A stretch of DNA of 64,000 bases from a bacterium (GCA_043815505.1 JBDRIV010000002.1:11484-75483); one strand, 5' to 3'. Positions 1 through 9,798 are shown, counted from the stretch's first letter. A program made the numbers and translations. Notes: generated by a model not told the origin, from the sequence alone.

Positions 1-830
1 TGGATTTGGAAACGGATAATTATTTCTAATTATCTCTTTGTGTCGCCACTCCCGTGACGCTTTTAACTTAAGCGAATCGGGATCCCAACTATTGTTGGGA
101 AAAGTTCGGACTATATCTTCCCTAGCTCAGTTTTAAAACTGAGGTCGAGTTCGGCATATAGTCTCTGAGGGTTTTTATAAAACAATCTTATTTCTGCGCC
201 GCTTTCCTTTTTGATTCATTTGATAAGCAAGTTTTAAAATTTGTTTAATGCCCTGGTTGTTTAAATGCTTTTTCTTATGAATAAGCTCAACAATTTGAGC
301 AAAGATCTTAAAATTTTGCCGTTTCTCTGTCAGAAGTTTATACCTACTGAAAAAAGGAATTATTTTATTGCGCAAATCCTCATGATTACGTACAACATAT
401 ACAAATGTTTTGTCCCGCTTGTTTAAACGATGATTGCACTTTATGTAGCCACAATCAAGTTTTTTTGTAAGCGCTTCAAGCACGTTTTTGCTATTTTGAT
501 GTTGACTGATATGGAATTCCGGAATTATCTTAATCTTTTGTTTCATATATGAATCTCGATAGATTGCAATATGAAAGCTTCCTTCCCCATCAGTTAACCC
601 AGCAATATAGTGAGGATTAATTTTCATAATTGATTGTTTATAAATCTTCCCTGCTGATTGTCTGCACTCAACACATTGTCACCTATTATTATAATAGGTA
701 GTGTGAGATTCTTCAACCCTCTATTCTCTATTAGGGTACAGAGTTTCCAGCATTTAGCCGAATTTATTGACAGCACGGTCGATAAATCTATTATGATTTC
801 TCTTTATTAAACGAAAAGATATTGAATTTA
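1..830 (-). mobile_element. 23S intron 1 (group-I-like), partial; follows exon sequence GAGACAGU (domain V, near E. coli ~2593); 3' splice site lies beyond the window start
   Basis: The exon match ends at plus 831-838 (actgtctc). No downstream exon sequence (UCGGUCCCUAUC) is found before position 1. Contains the LAGLIDADG ORF 175..627. Confidence 0.6.
175..627 (-). CDS. LAGLIDADG homing endonuclease, single-motif I-CreI-like type, intron-encoded
   Basis: N-terminal motif IAGLTDGEGSF in a 150-aa protein; located inside a 23S rRNA insertion. Confidence 0.8.
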   Translation of the reverse strand: MKINPHYIAGLTDGEGSFHIAIYRDSYMKQKIKIIPEFHISQHQNSKNVLEALTKKLDCGYIKCNHRLNKRDKTFVYVVRNHEDLRNKIIPFFSRYKLLTEKRQNFKIFAQIVELIHKKKHLNNQGIKQILKLAYQMNQKGKRRRNKIVL

Positions 831-838
831 CTGTCTCG

Positions 839-873
<35 letters not shown>

Positions 874-907
874 TGGCGAACAGCCAAACCCTTGGGAGCT
901 TCTTCAC

Positions 908-944
<37 letters not shown>

Positions 945-1120
945 AGCGCCGTCTATGTGAACTATTGGGCGCTATAAGCCTGTTATCCCCGGAGTAACTT
1001 TTATCCGATGGTCTTCCGCGATCCTACGATCAAAACAATTTCTATTATTCGCCTATGTCCCTATAAAAATAGAAACATAAACGAAATAGAAAGAGTTCTT
1101 TACGGTCGGTTCTCTAAATT

Positions 1121-1151
<31 letters not shown>

Positions 1152-1554
1152 TGCAGTAAAGCAAGCTTGTGCTTTTACACTATCGGTCCGATTTCCATCC
1201 GGACCTAGCTTACCTTGAAACGCCTCCGTTACTTTTTAGGAGGCAACCACCCCAGTTAAACTACCCACCAGACACTGTTTTCATTTCCTGATTCAAGGAA
1301 ACGAGTTAGCTATAAAACATTATTAAGCTGGTATCTCACTGATGACTCCTTTTGAGCTAGCGCTCAAAAATCAAAGTCTCCCAGCTATGCTGAATAAACA
1401 AAGCTTTACAGCAATGTCAAGCTGTAGTAAAGCTTCACGGGGTCTTTTCGTCTTGCTATAGGTGAACGGTATCTTTACCGCTATTACAATTTCACCGAAT
1501 CCTTCGTTGGAGACAGTCTTCAAGTCGTTATGCCATTCGTGCGGGTCGGAACTT

Positions 1555-2299
1555 CATGTTACCGATCGTTTTCACGATGGATCAGACTATATCTTCACCT
1601 TATTTAGAATACTTAGGAGTTTTGCAATTGGATGTTTTCTTTTTCCGCTTTCATTCATTTGGTAGGCCAAAGTTATTATTTGGCGCAAATGTTTAGTGTT
1701 GCGATGCTTGTTTTGTTTTACTAAGTCGCAGATTTTATAAAAGATTATAAAATCTTGTTTCTTAGAAGTTTGTAAACCAAACTTTTTGAAGTGCGGTATG
1801 ATTTTGTTGTTTAAATCAACAATTGATCTTACCTCATATTTGTAGCTCTGATCTTTTTTAGAAAATCTGATACTACCACAACCGAAGTATTTCTTTATTT
1901 TCTGCAAAATGTCTAAACTGCGACGATTTTGAGAAATTGAAAAACTTGGTCGAACTTCAATTTTGGTTTTCAATTTAGCACGCAAGCTAAATGATACGGT
2001 GAAACATCCTTCGCCATCTACAAATCCTGTTATGTATGATGCAAAATCCATATATTCCTTCGTTTTAATAAGGGCTGACGTATTTTCCATCTTATAAGGA
2101 CGGAACTTGTCTTTCGACTCAGTCGTTACGGGTTCCCAATTTATGGGATTCCCACGGTATTATCATATCGTATTCCAATTTTTTTGAAAAATGAAATGCG
2201 TTTTAGACTTCACCGTTATTAGTCAGTTTGCTTATATCGCATTACTGCGATATTCGGGCAAGTTTGCCTCGCTTAAACGAGGTCCAACCATTAAGTATT
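1555..2299 (-). mobile_element. 23S intron 2 (group-I-like) at the L1931-type site: GGGU | AAGUUCCGACC
   Basis: Exon sequence CGAAATTCCTTGTCGGGT maps to plus 2300-2317 and AAGTTCCGACCCGCACGAATGG to plus <=1554. The upstream exon ends in U and the intron ends in ...AACATG. Confidence 0.65.
1587..2090 (-). CDS. LAGLIDADG homing endonuclease, intron-encoded
   Basis: Motif ITGFVDGEGCFTVSF in a 167-aa protein, inside 23S intron 2. Confidence 0.8.
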   Translation of the reverse strand: MENTSALIKTKEYMDFASYITGFVDGEGCFTVSFSLRAKLKTKIEVRPSFSISQNRRSLDILQKIKKYFGCGSIRFSKKDQSYKYEVRSIVDLNNKIIPHFKKFGLQTSKKQDFIIFYKICDLVKQNKHRNTKHLRQIITLAYQMNESGKRKHPIAKLLSILNKVKI

Positions 2300-2319
2300 A
2301 CCCGACAAGGAATTTCGCT

Positions 2320-3033
2320 CATGTTTTGTTACTATCCCATTTTTTGGGACGGTTAAACATTTCTGCTTAACTCTCTATGTCGCCATAGAGTTCGGACTAT
2401 ATCTTTCCAGCTCCAGTTTTTTGAAACTGGGGCGGGACTTGGCGTGTAGTCTCTGAGGATTGCAAATATCTTGATGGCTTTTTACGATTCATGGTTTCAA
2501 TTATTCCAGCGATTTTTCTAACACCTTTTGATGTTAGATGTTCCCCTCTTTTTATTATTACAACTACTTTTACAAATTTATTAAAATCTTCTGATTTTGC
2601 AGTTTGTAAGCAGTTCTTTTTAAAGAAAGGAATTATCACTTCTGTTAAATCTTTTAAAGATCTAATACAAAAGCGATATAAATCTTCTTTGTGATTATCA
2701 TGTCGGCGATTTATGTAAAGTTTTCCACACCCGAAGAATTTTTGAATTCTTTTTAGTGCTGGTAAACTTTTGGCGCCTTGTGTTATCACAAATTCTGGGA
2801 ATATTTGCCAACCAGAACTCGTTGTTGGATTCTTATTAATACTTACAGAGAAGGTTCCTTCTCCATCAGTGAATCCTACTATCCATCCTATTTGCCTTTC
2901 CTGCTGATTGTCTGCACCGAGTTGATTTTTACTTGGCATATTGTTCATAATCTATGGAACATTTATACCATAGTACAATCGGATTCTCCAGATTTTCCAG
3001 CATTTGGTCAAGTTTTACTATGGCAGCTTTCCT
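2320..3033 (-). mobile_element. 23S intron 3 (group-I-like) at the L1923-type site: CCUAUGGU | AGCGAAAUUCC; separated from intron 2 by a ~20-nt mini-exon (2300-2319)
   Basis: Exon CGCCGGCAGTAACTATAACTGTCCTATGGT ends at plus 3034. The intron ends in ...AACATG, the same as intron 2. The 3' regions of introns 1 and 3 share a ~70-nt block (plus 105-175 vs 2388-2462). Confidence 0.65.
2397..2948 (-). CDS. LAGLIDADG homing endonuclease, intron-encoded; C-terminus overlaps a family-A palindrome
   Basis: Motif IVGFTDGEGTFSVSI in a 183-aa protein. The C-terminal residues ...QFQKTGAGKI are encoded by the palindrome ccagctccagttttttgaaactggggcggg. Confidence 0.8.
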   Translation of the reverse strand: MNNMPSKNQLGADNQQERQIGWIVGFTDGEGTFSVSINKNPTTSSGWQIFPEFVITQGAKSLPALKRIQKFFGCGKLYINRRHDNHKEDLYRFCIRSLKDLTEVIIPFFKKNCLQTAKSEDFNKFVKVVVIIKRGEHLTSKGVRKIAGIIETMNRKKPSRYLQSSETTRQVPPQFQKTGAGKI

Positions 3034-4324
3034 ACCATAGGACAGTTATAGTTACTGCCGGCGTTCATCCGCGCTTCAGAAGAGAGCTTGCACCCTCTTC
3101 ATTAACGTTCGGACACTGGCCAGGCATCAGCCCCTATACATCCTCTTACGAGTTAGCAGGGACCTATGTTTTTGGTAAACAGTCGCTTGAAGTCAGTCGC
3201 TGCGCCCTGAAGCAAAGTAGTAAACTACCCTTTTCCAGGGAGGCCTTATTCCAAAGTTACGGCCGCTGTTTTGCCGAGTTCCTTAACGAAGGTTCTTTCG
3301 ATCACCTTGGTATGCTAGTACCCACCTACCTGTGTTGGTTTACGGTACGGATCCGTTTTAACTAATCTTAGAGGTTTTTCTCGTCAGCTTGGATCAGTAG
3401 AATTGTCTAACTTTAGGAAAGACTTCTCACGTTCTTCGGATAAACGACTGCCCGGATTTACCAAAGCAATCTGCCTAATGAATATGAACGCCTATTACCA
3501 AAAGACGCTCTACCTACCATGCCGCGTTACCCCATCGAATTAAAACGAAGCGCCAGAATATTAACTGGCTTCCCATCATCTACCCCAGCACTACACTGGG
3601 CTCGACTTAGGACCGGCTAACCCTAGGATGATCAACATTGCCTAGGAAACCTGAGGTTTACGGTGTTCTGGGTTCTCACCAGAATTTTTGTTACTCATGC
3701 CAACATTCTCTCTTCTCTTCGCTCCATCTAATGGCTTCCGCCTAGACTTCACTGCGAAGAGAATGCTCCTCTACCACGTATATCAAAAGATATACATCCG
3801 TGTCTTCGGTAATATGCTTGAGCCCCGTTATATTTTCGGCGCGGAAACTCTCGACTAGTGAGCTGTTACGCACTCTTTAAATGAATGGCTGCTTCTAAGC
3901 CAACATCCTAGTTGTTTGAGAACTTCTACAACCTTTCCCACTGAGCATATATTTTGGGACCTTAGACGACGGTCTGGGCTGTTTCCCTTTCGACTATGAA
4001 GCTTAGCCCTCACAGTCTGACTCCCATGCAATAACTTTTCTGTATTCGGAGTTTGTTTGAAGGCAGTAGGATAAATCCATCTGTCTTCAACCAGTGCTCT
4101 ACCCCAGAAAAGATAAACATGAGGCTAGCCCTAAAGCTATTTCGAGGAGAACCAGCTATTTCCAGGTTCGGTTGGTTTTTCGCCCCTAACCACAGCTCAT
4201 CCGCTCGCGTTACACGACGAGTCGGTGCGGACCTCCACTTCGTATTACCGAAGCTTCATCCTGACCATGGCTAGCTCACCTGGTTTCGGGTCTGTTCCCT
4301 GAGACTTAGGGGGGTTAACCCCTG

Positions 4325-4425
4325 CCCAGCCCCAGTTTTATTGAACTCGGAATTTTGGAATTCGATAATGCTCAAATGATTCATTGAACATTAAAGATAT
4401 TGAGTTCAGCAAAACTGGGGCTAGG
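4325..4425. repeat. Family-A palindromic element (long form, ~100 bp) inserted in 23S domain II just 5' of GACCCGAAACC
   Basis: cccagccccagtttt ... gaactcgg ... ttgagttcagc ... aaaactggggctagg, with nested inverted repeats. Confidence 0.75.
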
Positions 4426-4513
4426 TCTCGCTTTCACTACGGCTCCGTCTAATAAAGACTTAGCCTTGCCACAGAGAATAACTCGTTGGCTCGTTCTGCA
4501 AAAAGCACGCGGT

Positions 4514-4622
4514 CACCCCGCTCCAGTTTTATAGAACTCGGAATTTAAAAATTCGATTATGCTAATAAGCAATTTATTAAGCTTAAAGCATTTTGAGTTC
4601 TGCAAAACAGGGGCGGGGCTCC
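4514..4622. repeat. Family-A palindromic element (long form), second copy inside 23S
   Basis: caccccgctccagtttt ... gaactcgg ... ttgagttctgc ... aaaacaggggcggggct; internal core similar to the 4325-4425 copy. Confidence 0.75.
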
Positions 4623-4676
4623 CACTCCATGTAAGTGTATGGTTTCAGATACTATTTCATCTCCCTTAACGGGATA

Positions 4677-4713
<37 letters not shown>

Positions 4714-5171
4714 ATCACAAAGAGTATTTAGTCTTGGGAGAGTAGTTCTCCCAGCTTCCTACGGAATTCCACTCACTCCGTAGTACTTAAGAATAAAACC
4801 GTAAAGTTATAACAGATTTTCGAATACAGGACTATTACCTTCTTTGGTGGACCTTTCCAGGTCACTTCTTCTAATCAATATTATTTCTTTACCTCTTGTT
4901 TGTAGCCAAGAACATTTTATCTTGCAACACCCTATTTACAACGCCTACAAGCTTGAACATAAATAAGGTTTGGACTGATCCCGTTTCGCTCGCCGCTACT
5001 AAGGGAATAATTAGCTTGTAGCAAATGGCATAGGGCAAATAGTAAACTATAAGCCATTAGCCATAAGCTATAAGCAGTTTGATTTCTTTTCCTCCGGTTA
5101 CTAAGATGTTTCAGTTCACCGGGTTGTCTTCCAACATCCTATGAATTCAGATGCGGATCCCAGCTCCACTT

Positions 5172-5435
5172 TTAGCAATCAATTTTGCTGTGTTCTAATC
5201 TCTTTTTTAATTCATGAATAGAACTCCCATGACTTTTAAGTCTTTTTTCTCTGACAATCGCATCTTTTTTGTTACGATATGCTTCAGCATAAACCAAAAT
5301 CCATTTTTCACTCTTTCTCTTTGTAGAATGAACTTGATTTTTATTATGTTCAGAGAATCTTTTCTTAAGATTTTTTGTAATTCCAACATAAAATCTTTTG
5401 TCCCCAGAATGTTGAAGTAAATAAACAATAAACAT
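5172..5435 (-). CDS. GIY-YIG nuclease-domain protein (UPF0213/YhbQ-like, 87 aa) embedded in a variable helix of the 23S 5' domain
   Basis: Motifs YLLQ...KRFYVGITKNLKKRFSEHN match the GIY-YIG signature. The ORF sits between the 23S blocks CCGAATGGGCAAACCCC and GGTGAACTGAAACATCT, where E. coli has only ~60 nt. Confidence 0.6.
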   Translation of the reverse strand: MFIVYLLQHSGDKRFYVGITKNLKKRFSEHNKNQVHSTKRKSEKWILVYAEAYRNKKDAIVREKRLKSHGSSIHELKKRLEHSKIDC

Positions 5436-6410
5436 TCTTTGGTATTAATGACTAAAAGTGGGGCTGGGGGGTTTGCCCATTCGGAGATCCTCGGATCAAG
5501 GGTTGTTTGACACCTCCCCGAGGCTTATCGCAGACTACCACGTCCTTCATCGGCTCTTTGTGTCTAGGCATTCACCATACACTCTTACCTCTTAGGTTGA
5601 TAAGATTAACTAGCTATATGTATTGATATTCAATTGTGTAAAGTCCTATCATTTGTTTTCACATTGTTGAAGTTTTTAAAACTGCAATTATCTGAAAGCA
5701 AATGGGCAACTAAAAAACCGCTCGTCGCGGCTCAATTTACACAAGGAATTATGCGTTCTAAAAGGCCGCCTAAATATGAGTAGTTAATGATCTTTTTTTC
5801 ATACGATTTTCCTTATATATTTAGATGTTTATCTGGTACTACGACTCTTTGTAGTACTGAGTTTATCGTATGAGTAGTGTACTTATAATTTAAAATGTTG
5901 TCAAGGAACAACTTTTACGCGGTGTGGACTTCCTGTGTAAAAGTGGAACATTTAGGCTTAGAATAAGAAAAAGATTAGTTTGACAATATGTTTATTTAAG
6001 CATATTCTTAATAGATTTGTGGTATTGTAATATTAGGAGGATTTGTACATTAACATTTTTGTTTGTTCTAAAAATGGGCGTAACTAATTGTGGAGGAATA
6101 AGGAAACGATAAAAAAGAAATGATATTTTCAAAAAAACAGAAAATACTACTTAGGAGAATGTTAATGAAAAAATCTACAGAATCAAATTCATTGAAGCCA
6201 GATATTATTTCAGGAGCAATTTGTAAACAACTTCCCCCAATCTGTTATGAAAGCGAAACCAAAAAGAGGGAAAGAGTAACCCAGTCTTTTAATATTCAAA
6301 GATGGTATAACGATCTTTTTGGTTTTCCCAAAGATGGTTCAATTTCAATTAGGCGGTAGAGATGTATTGTGGCTACAGTATCATGAAATTAAAACCAAAG
6401 GAGGTGAGTT

Positions 6411-6605
6411 TTGTCACAGGTCGCCGGAGTTTCAATATTTGATCTATCCATTCAACAATGTAAGGAGGAATTCTGTTCAGCATGTCTGCAATTGGCAGAG
6501 CAATCAGATATATTTCAAGCTGACATTTTAGCCAGGGCTTGCTCACTTTTCCATATTCAGGAGAAACCGAGGTGCGAAACTTGCCCCCGACAGCTATTTC
6601 TCTAA
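6411..6605 (+). CDS. Small Cys-rich hypothetical protein (64 aa, TTG start)
   Basis: SD aaggagg 8 nt upstream of TTG; Cys pairs CKEEFCSAC and CETCP; terminator-like hairpin aaaaatccc...gggattttt at ~6612-6652. Confidence 0.3.
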   Translation: MSQVAGVSIFDLSIQQCKEEFCSACLQLAEQSDIFQADILARACSLFHIQEKPRCETCPRQLFL

Positions 6606-6672
6606 CGAAATAAAAAATCCCAACTCGACTAAGCATTACGAGAAGGGATTTTTAAAAGATAACCACTACATA

Positions 6673-6882
6673 TTATTTTGATTCTTCGTCCAAACAATTA
6701 GGGCAGAAGTCTTGACCATCTTTGTTTTTCAGATGATCATTTATTGTGATTCGTTTACAACCATTACATCTTTTTCCCATACCGCGTATCAAAAGGGTAA
6801 GATTAATTGCACAACAATCATTATTCCATGGGTTGGCTCTAGATTGCAGTTTATCATTTGCAGTGGACTGGTTAAATGTCAT
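6673..6882 (-). CDS. Small HNH endonuclease-like protein (69 aa)
   Basis: CNGC ... NDHLKNKDG ... CPNC matches the HNH arrangement CxxC-DH-N-CxxC; lies in the rRNA spacer. Confidence 0.5.
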   Translation of the reverse strand: MTFNQSTANDKLQSRANPWNNDCCAINLTLLIRGMGKRCNGCKRITINDHLKNKDGQDFCPNCLDEESK

Positions 6883-6898
6883 TTTCTTTTCTCCAGGT

Positions 6899-7204
6899 TC
6901 AATAAGCTAATTTGGATCCTCTTTGTCTGCCAGTAGAGTATCCGACGTAATAATATGGGCTTTGGTTTTTCTTGGCTCGGGTTGAGCCGGGACCGTGTTG
7001 ATTGCCCTTTTTCCAATCCTTCAGGGCTTGTTCATATTCTTCTGGCGGGGCAAGTACGGGACATTTTTCACTAAGGTCTGGCTGGCCAGGAAATACATTG
7101 TCAACATGATTATTGTTTTTTCTTCCGCAATAACCGCATCTTGAATTATCGCGGCTGCCAAACATTCTTTCTCTTTCGTGTGTTGATAGTGGATCAAATA
7201 CCAT
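6899..7204 (-). CDS. Cys-containing hypothetical protein, possibly HNH-like (101 aa)
   Basis: CGYCGRKNNNHVDN...C motif pattern; weak. Confidence 0.3.
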   Translation of the reverse strand: MVFDPLSTHERERMFGSRDNSRCGYCGRKNNNHVDNVFPGQPDLSEKCPVLAPPEEYEQALKDWKKGNQHGPGSTRAKKNQSPYYYVGYSTGRQRGSKLAY

Positions 7205-7427
7205 TGTTCTTTTCTCCCAGGGTTTTATTGTAAAATGATCGGAGCGTGCTTAAGGTGCTAATATTATTTTCTAGTTTTAAGGTATCATAAAACATTTTAT
7301 GGGGGAAGTGATTTTAGTTATCCTACCAAAAAATCGCCCATTTGGCGATTACTTGTTTTTCGTTGTAAAAAATGGCATCTCGTGTGAGATGCCCGTGAAG
7401 TGAGGTGCAACTTGCAACTTTGCTCCC

Positions 7428-7571
7428 TTAATCTTTGCCGTAATAATTGCGATATGCATCTGCATCTGTGCCCCGAGGCCAACAGTTGAAGGATTTTTTC
7501 TTTCCCTTGTCAGGTAGAATAGATATTAGTACAACAACACCGACAAATCCTGCTAGCACCAAAAGTATCAT
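7428..7571 (-). CDS. Small membrane protein (47 aa); not in the ORF track
   Basis: SD ggaggg 6 nt upstream of ATG; hydrophobic MILLVLAGFVGVVVLISIL; terminator-like hairpin at ~7318-7350 on the minus strand. Confidence 0.3.
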   Translation of the reverse strand: MILLVLAGFVGVVVLISILPDKGKKKSFNCWPRGTDADAYRNYYGKD

Positions 7572-7789
7572 TTTTGTCCCTCCCATAAAAGAGTGCATAG
7601 CTTGATCTGATAAACCTCAATCAGATCCTAATTTATTAGTATCATAAATATTTTTTAAGTTAAAAAAGTATGATATTTTATTATACTTTCTATTAGCGAT
7701 TGTCTTGACAAAATAGTCATTAGGTAGTACAAAGAAGTGAGATAAATTGTCCTTGTAAAATGTATGCGAATCGCTACGAGAGGTGAATT

Positions 7790-8089
7790 ATGAAGAAGCT
7801 GTTTTCGTTCCTTTGGATTATCTGTTCAATAGTGGCAGTGTGGTTTGTTTGGGACTATTTCGGCTGGGTAGCCGGAGTAGTCGCTATTGTGGCGGTTCTA
7901 TTAATGAACAACATTTTGTTCGAAAGGAAAGAAAAAACTACGCCCAGGACAACAAGATTGACAAACGAAGACGATTATCCATCGTTTCCGTACGACGGAG
8001 GACCAGCAAGTTCTCACAACTCATCTACTTATGGTATGTATGATGGCGGTGATCAATCATCAGGACATCAAGATTACACAGCCGGTTGA
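7790..8089 (+). CDS. Small membrane protein with a low-complexity G/S/Y-rich tail
   Basis: N-terminal TM segments; candidate promoter TTGACA (7705-7710) - 17 nt - TACAAA; followed by a terminator. Confidence 0.45.
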   Translation: MKKLFSFLWIICSIVAVWFVWDYFGWVAGVVAIVAVLLMNNILFERKEKTTPRTTRLTNEDDYPSFPYDGGPASSHNSSTYGMYDGGDQSSGHQDYTAG

Positions 8090-8105
8090 ATAATTGATAT
8101 TTAGA

Positions 8106-8145
8106 CAAAACGGCCATCGGTTTTCCATCCGATGGCTTTTTTCTT
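8106..8145 (+). terminator. Rho-independent terminator
   Basis: ggccatcggttttccatccgatggcc hairpin followed by a T-run. Confidence 0.6.
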
Positions 8146-8443
8146 TCTGTAATTTTGGTGGACCGTAGGAGAGTCGAATCCGCCGGTCGGCAGACAGACC
8201 TTCTTTCAAAACAAATTTAAAATCTCTCTGGACCGCAGGGGGATCATCTACCCGCGACTACGTTTTGGGCGTGGCCAGCTTGCCCGCGGATGCGGGACGC
8301 AGCCAGGAGGAACTCACCTTTTAAACATTTTTCATGGACTCGAGGAGAATCTCACCTAGAGAGTGACCAGCCTTTGGGCGGGAACTCCTTTTTCTTTCTT
8401 TAAAATCTTATGGACCTGGCCGGATTCGAACCGGCTTTTATAA

Positions 8444-8776
8444 TTATTTTTCTAAATTTTCAACTTTTTCAAGGAATTTTTCCAACACTGTTTTTGCTAA
8501 CTCTCTATCTTTGCCGGCACTTGCTTCCATTTCTGCCCAATAACATTGATCTTGTAATTCAGGAGTTAAACTATCGTAGTCAATTTTTCCTGAACGCTCA
8601 AGAAGTTCTTTAATAGAAGCGTCAATTTTTTCAATATCTTCAGGCGAGAGATTGCTTGTTTCACTAAGACCATAATCTATTCTTCTTTGACGTGTCATTT
8701 CTCTTGCTTCTTCAGGAGTTGTAATTTTTCTTTCCAATTTTTCGGGATCTACTCCCATTTGTTCTGGTGATGTCAT
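8444..8776 (-). CDS. Acidic hypothetical protein (110 aa) located in the 16S-23S spacer
   Basis: ORF only; no clear SD. Confidence 0.3.
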   Translation of the reverse strand: MTSPEQMGVDPEKLERKITTPEEAREMTRQRRIDYGLSETSNLSPEDIEKIDASIKELLERSGKIDYDSLTPELQDQCYWAEMEASAGKDRELAKTVLEKFLEKVENLEK

Positions 8777-8929
8777 ATGTTGAATCTAAGTACTAAATCT
8801 TTTATTGACTAAGAGTCAGAATCGCTTACCCAGTCGTGCTGTGCGCGACTGTGGAAATCGCCTTATAAACATTTTAAACTCCTGGACTCAGAGCGAGAAT
8901 AAGAACTCCTTTTTAAAACATTTTGCCTC

Positions 8930-9003
8930 TGGACCCGGCCGGATTCGAACCGGCGGCCCCCTGCTTGCAAAGCAGGTGCTCTAGCCAACTGAGCTACGGG
9001 CCC
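8930..9003 (-). tRNA. tRNA-Ala(TGC)
   Basis: Reverse complement GGGCCCGTAGCTCAGTTGG...CTTTGCAAG...GGTTCGAATCC...CGGGTCCA has a G3:U70 pair and anticodon TGC. Confidence 0.9.
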
Positions 9004-9206
9004 AAAGGCAAAATGTTTTAAACCCCCTGGTCTTGCAAACAGTTTAATTTTCTATTGAAAATTAAACTGGGGGGTGCGTCTGCGGTTGAGCTACGAGCCC
9101 ATGGAAAAATGATTATAACTCCTGCAGTGTGACTTTGCTAAGGGCTGTTGGCAAATTGCAAATGGAAAACGTTAATTGCTATTAGCCACTCGCTATAAGC
9201 CAAATG

Positions 9207-9464
9207 CTACTGCAGTGTGGTGGAGCCAGGAAGAACACTGGACACACAACCACCGATCATTCTTTCCAACAAACCAAACATAAATAAAAATGAAAACATT
9301 ATTAGCAGTCCCCCAATTAATCTGATGGCGACTCTGGTGCCACCAAACATGCCAAGATATTTTTCTAACGTGGCGGACTGACCAACTAAGTTATAAATTT
9401 GTTCGCCCCATTTTATCATGGCGGCGCCAATTAGAATGCCAATAATTCCCCAAACTATTCTCAT
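9207..9464 (-). CDS. Small membrane protein (85 aa) between tRNA-Ile and tRNA-Ala; preceded directly by family-D element copy A
   Basis: Two to three hydrophobic segments; GAAGAG upstream of the ATG. Confidence 0.35.
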   Translation of the reverse strand: MRIVWGIIGILIGAAMIKWGEQIYNLVGQSATLEKYLGMFGGTRVAIRLIGGLLIMFSFLFMFGLLERMIGGCVSSVLPGSTTLQ

Positions 9465-9589
9465 GTCGTCGTAACAACTCTTCAGCTTTCGTCCCGCTTA
9501 GCGGGACTTCACCCTGCGAGTTGTTTCTCCTCTCAATTTAAACGCGTGCTCACTCCGCGTTGCGGGGTTGCACTCCTCGTTTAAATTGC
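9465..9589 (-). ncRNA. Family-D structured element, copy A (~125 nt)
   Basis: Minus-strand stem CAATTTAAACG/CGTTTAAATTG, then GAGAGGAGAAACAA and a 3' block CTGAAGAGTTGTTACGACG. The stem covaries in copies B and C. Confidence 0.45.
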
Positions 9590-9693
9590 AACTAATAATA
9601 CTTTATAAATTCCCCAGTGGGTGACCTGAAGATTTTCAGCCAGAGGCTGATCCGCCTTTGGCGGAGAACCTCGTCACTTAATACATCTCTCAG

Positions 9694-9767
9694 TGGGCGA
9701 TCGAGGATTTGAACCTCGGACCTCGTCATTATCAGTGACGCGCTCTAACCAACTGAGCTAATCGCCC
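9694..9767 (-). tRNA. tRNA-Ile(GAT)
   Basis: Reverse complement GGGCGATTAGCTCAGTTGGTTAGAGCGCGTCACTGATAATGACGAGGTCCGAGGTTCAAATCCTCGATCGCCCA. Confidence 0.9.
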
Positions 9768-9798
9768 ACTGAGAGATTTATCTTTTTATTATACATTA

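Noticed and set aside
8157-8400. tmRNA (ssrA) call for the region ending in UCCACCA
   Set aside because: No 5' acceptor strand, tag reading frame or pseudoknot pattern could be found by eye. It is kept only as a low-confidence finding.
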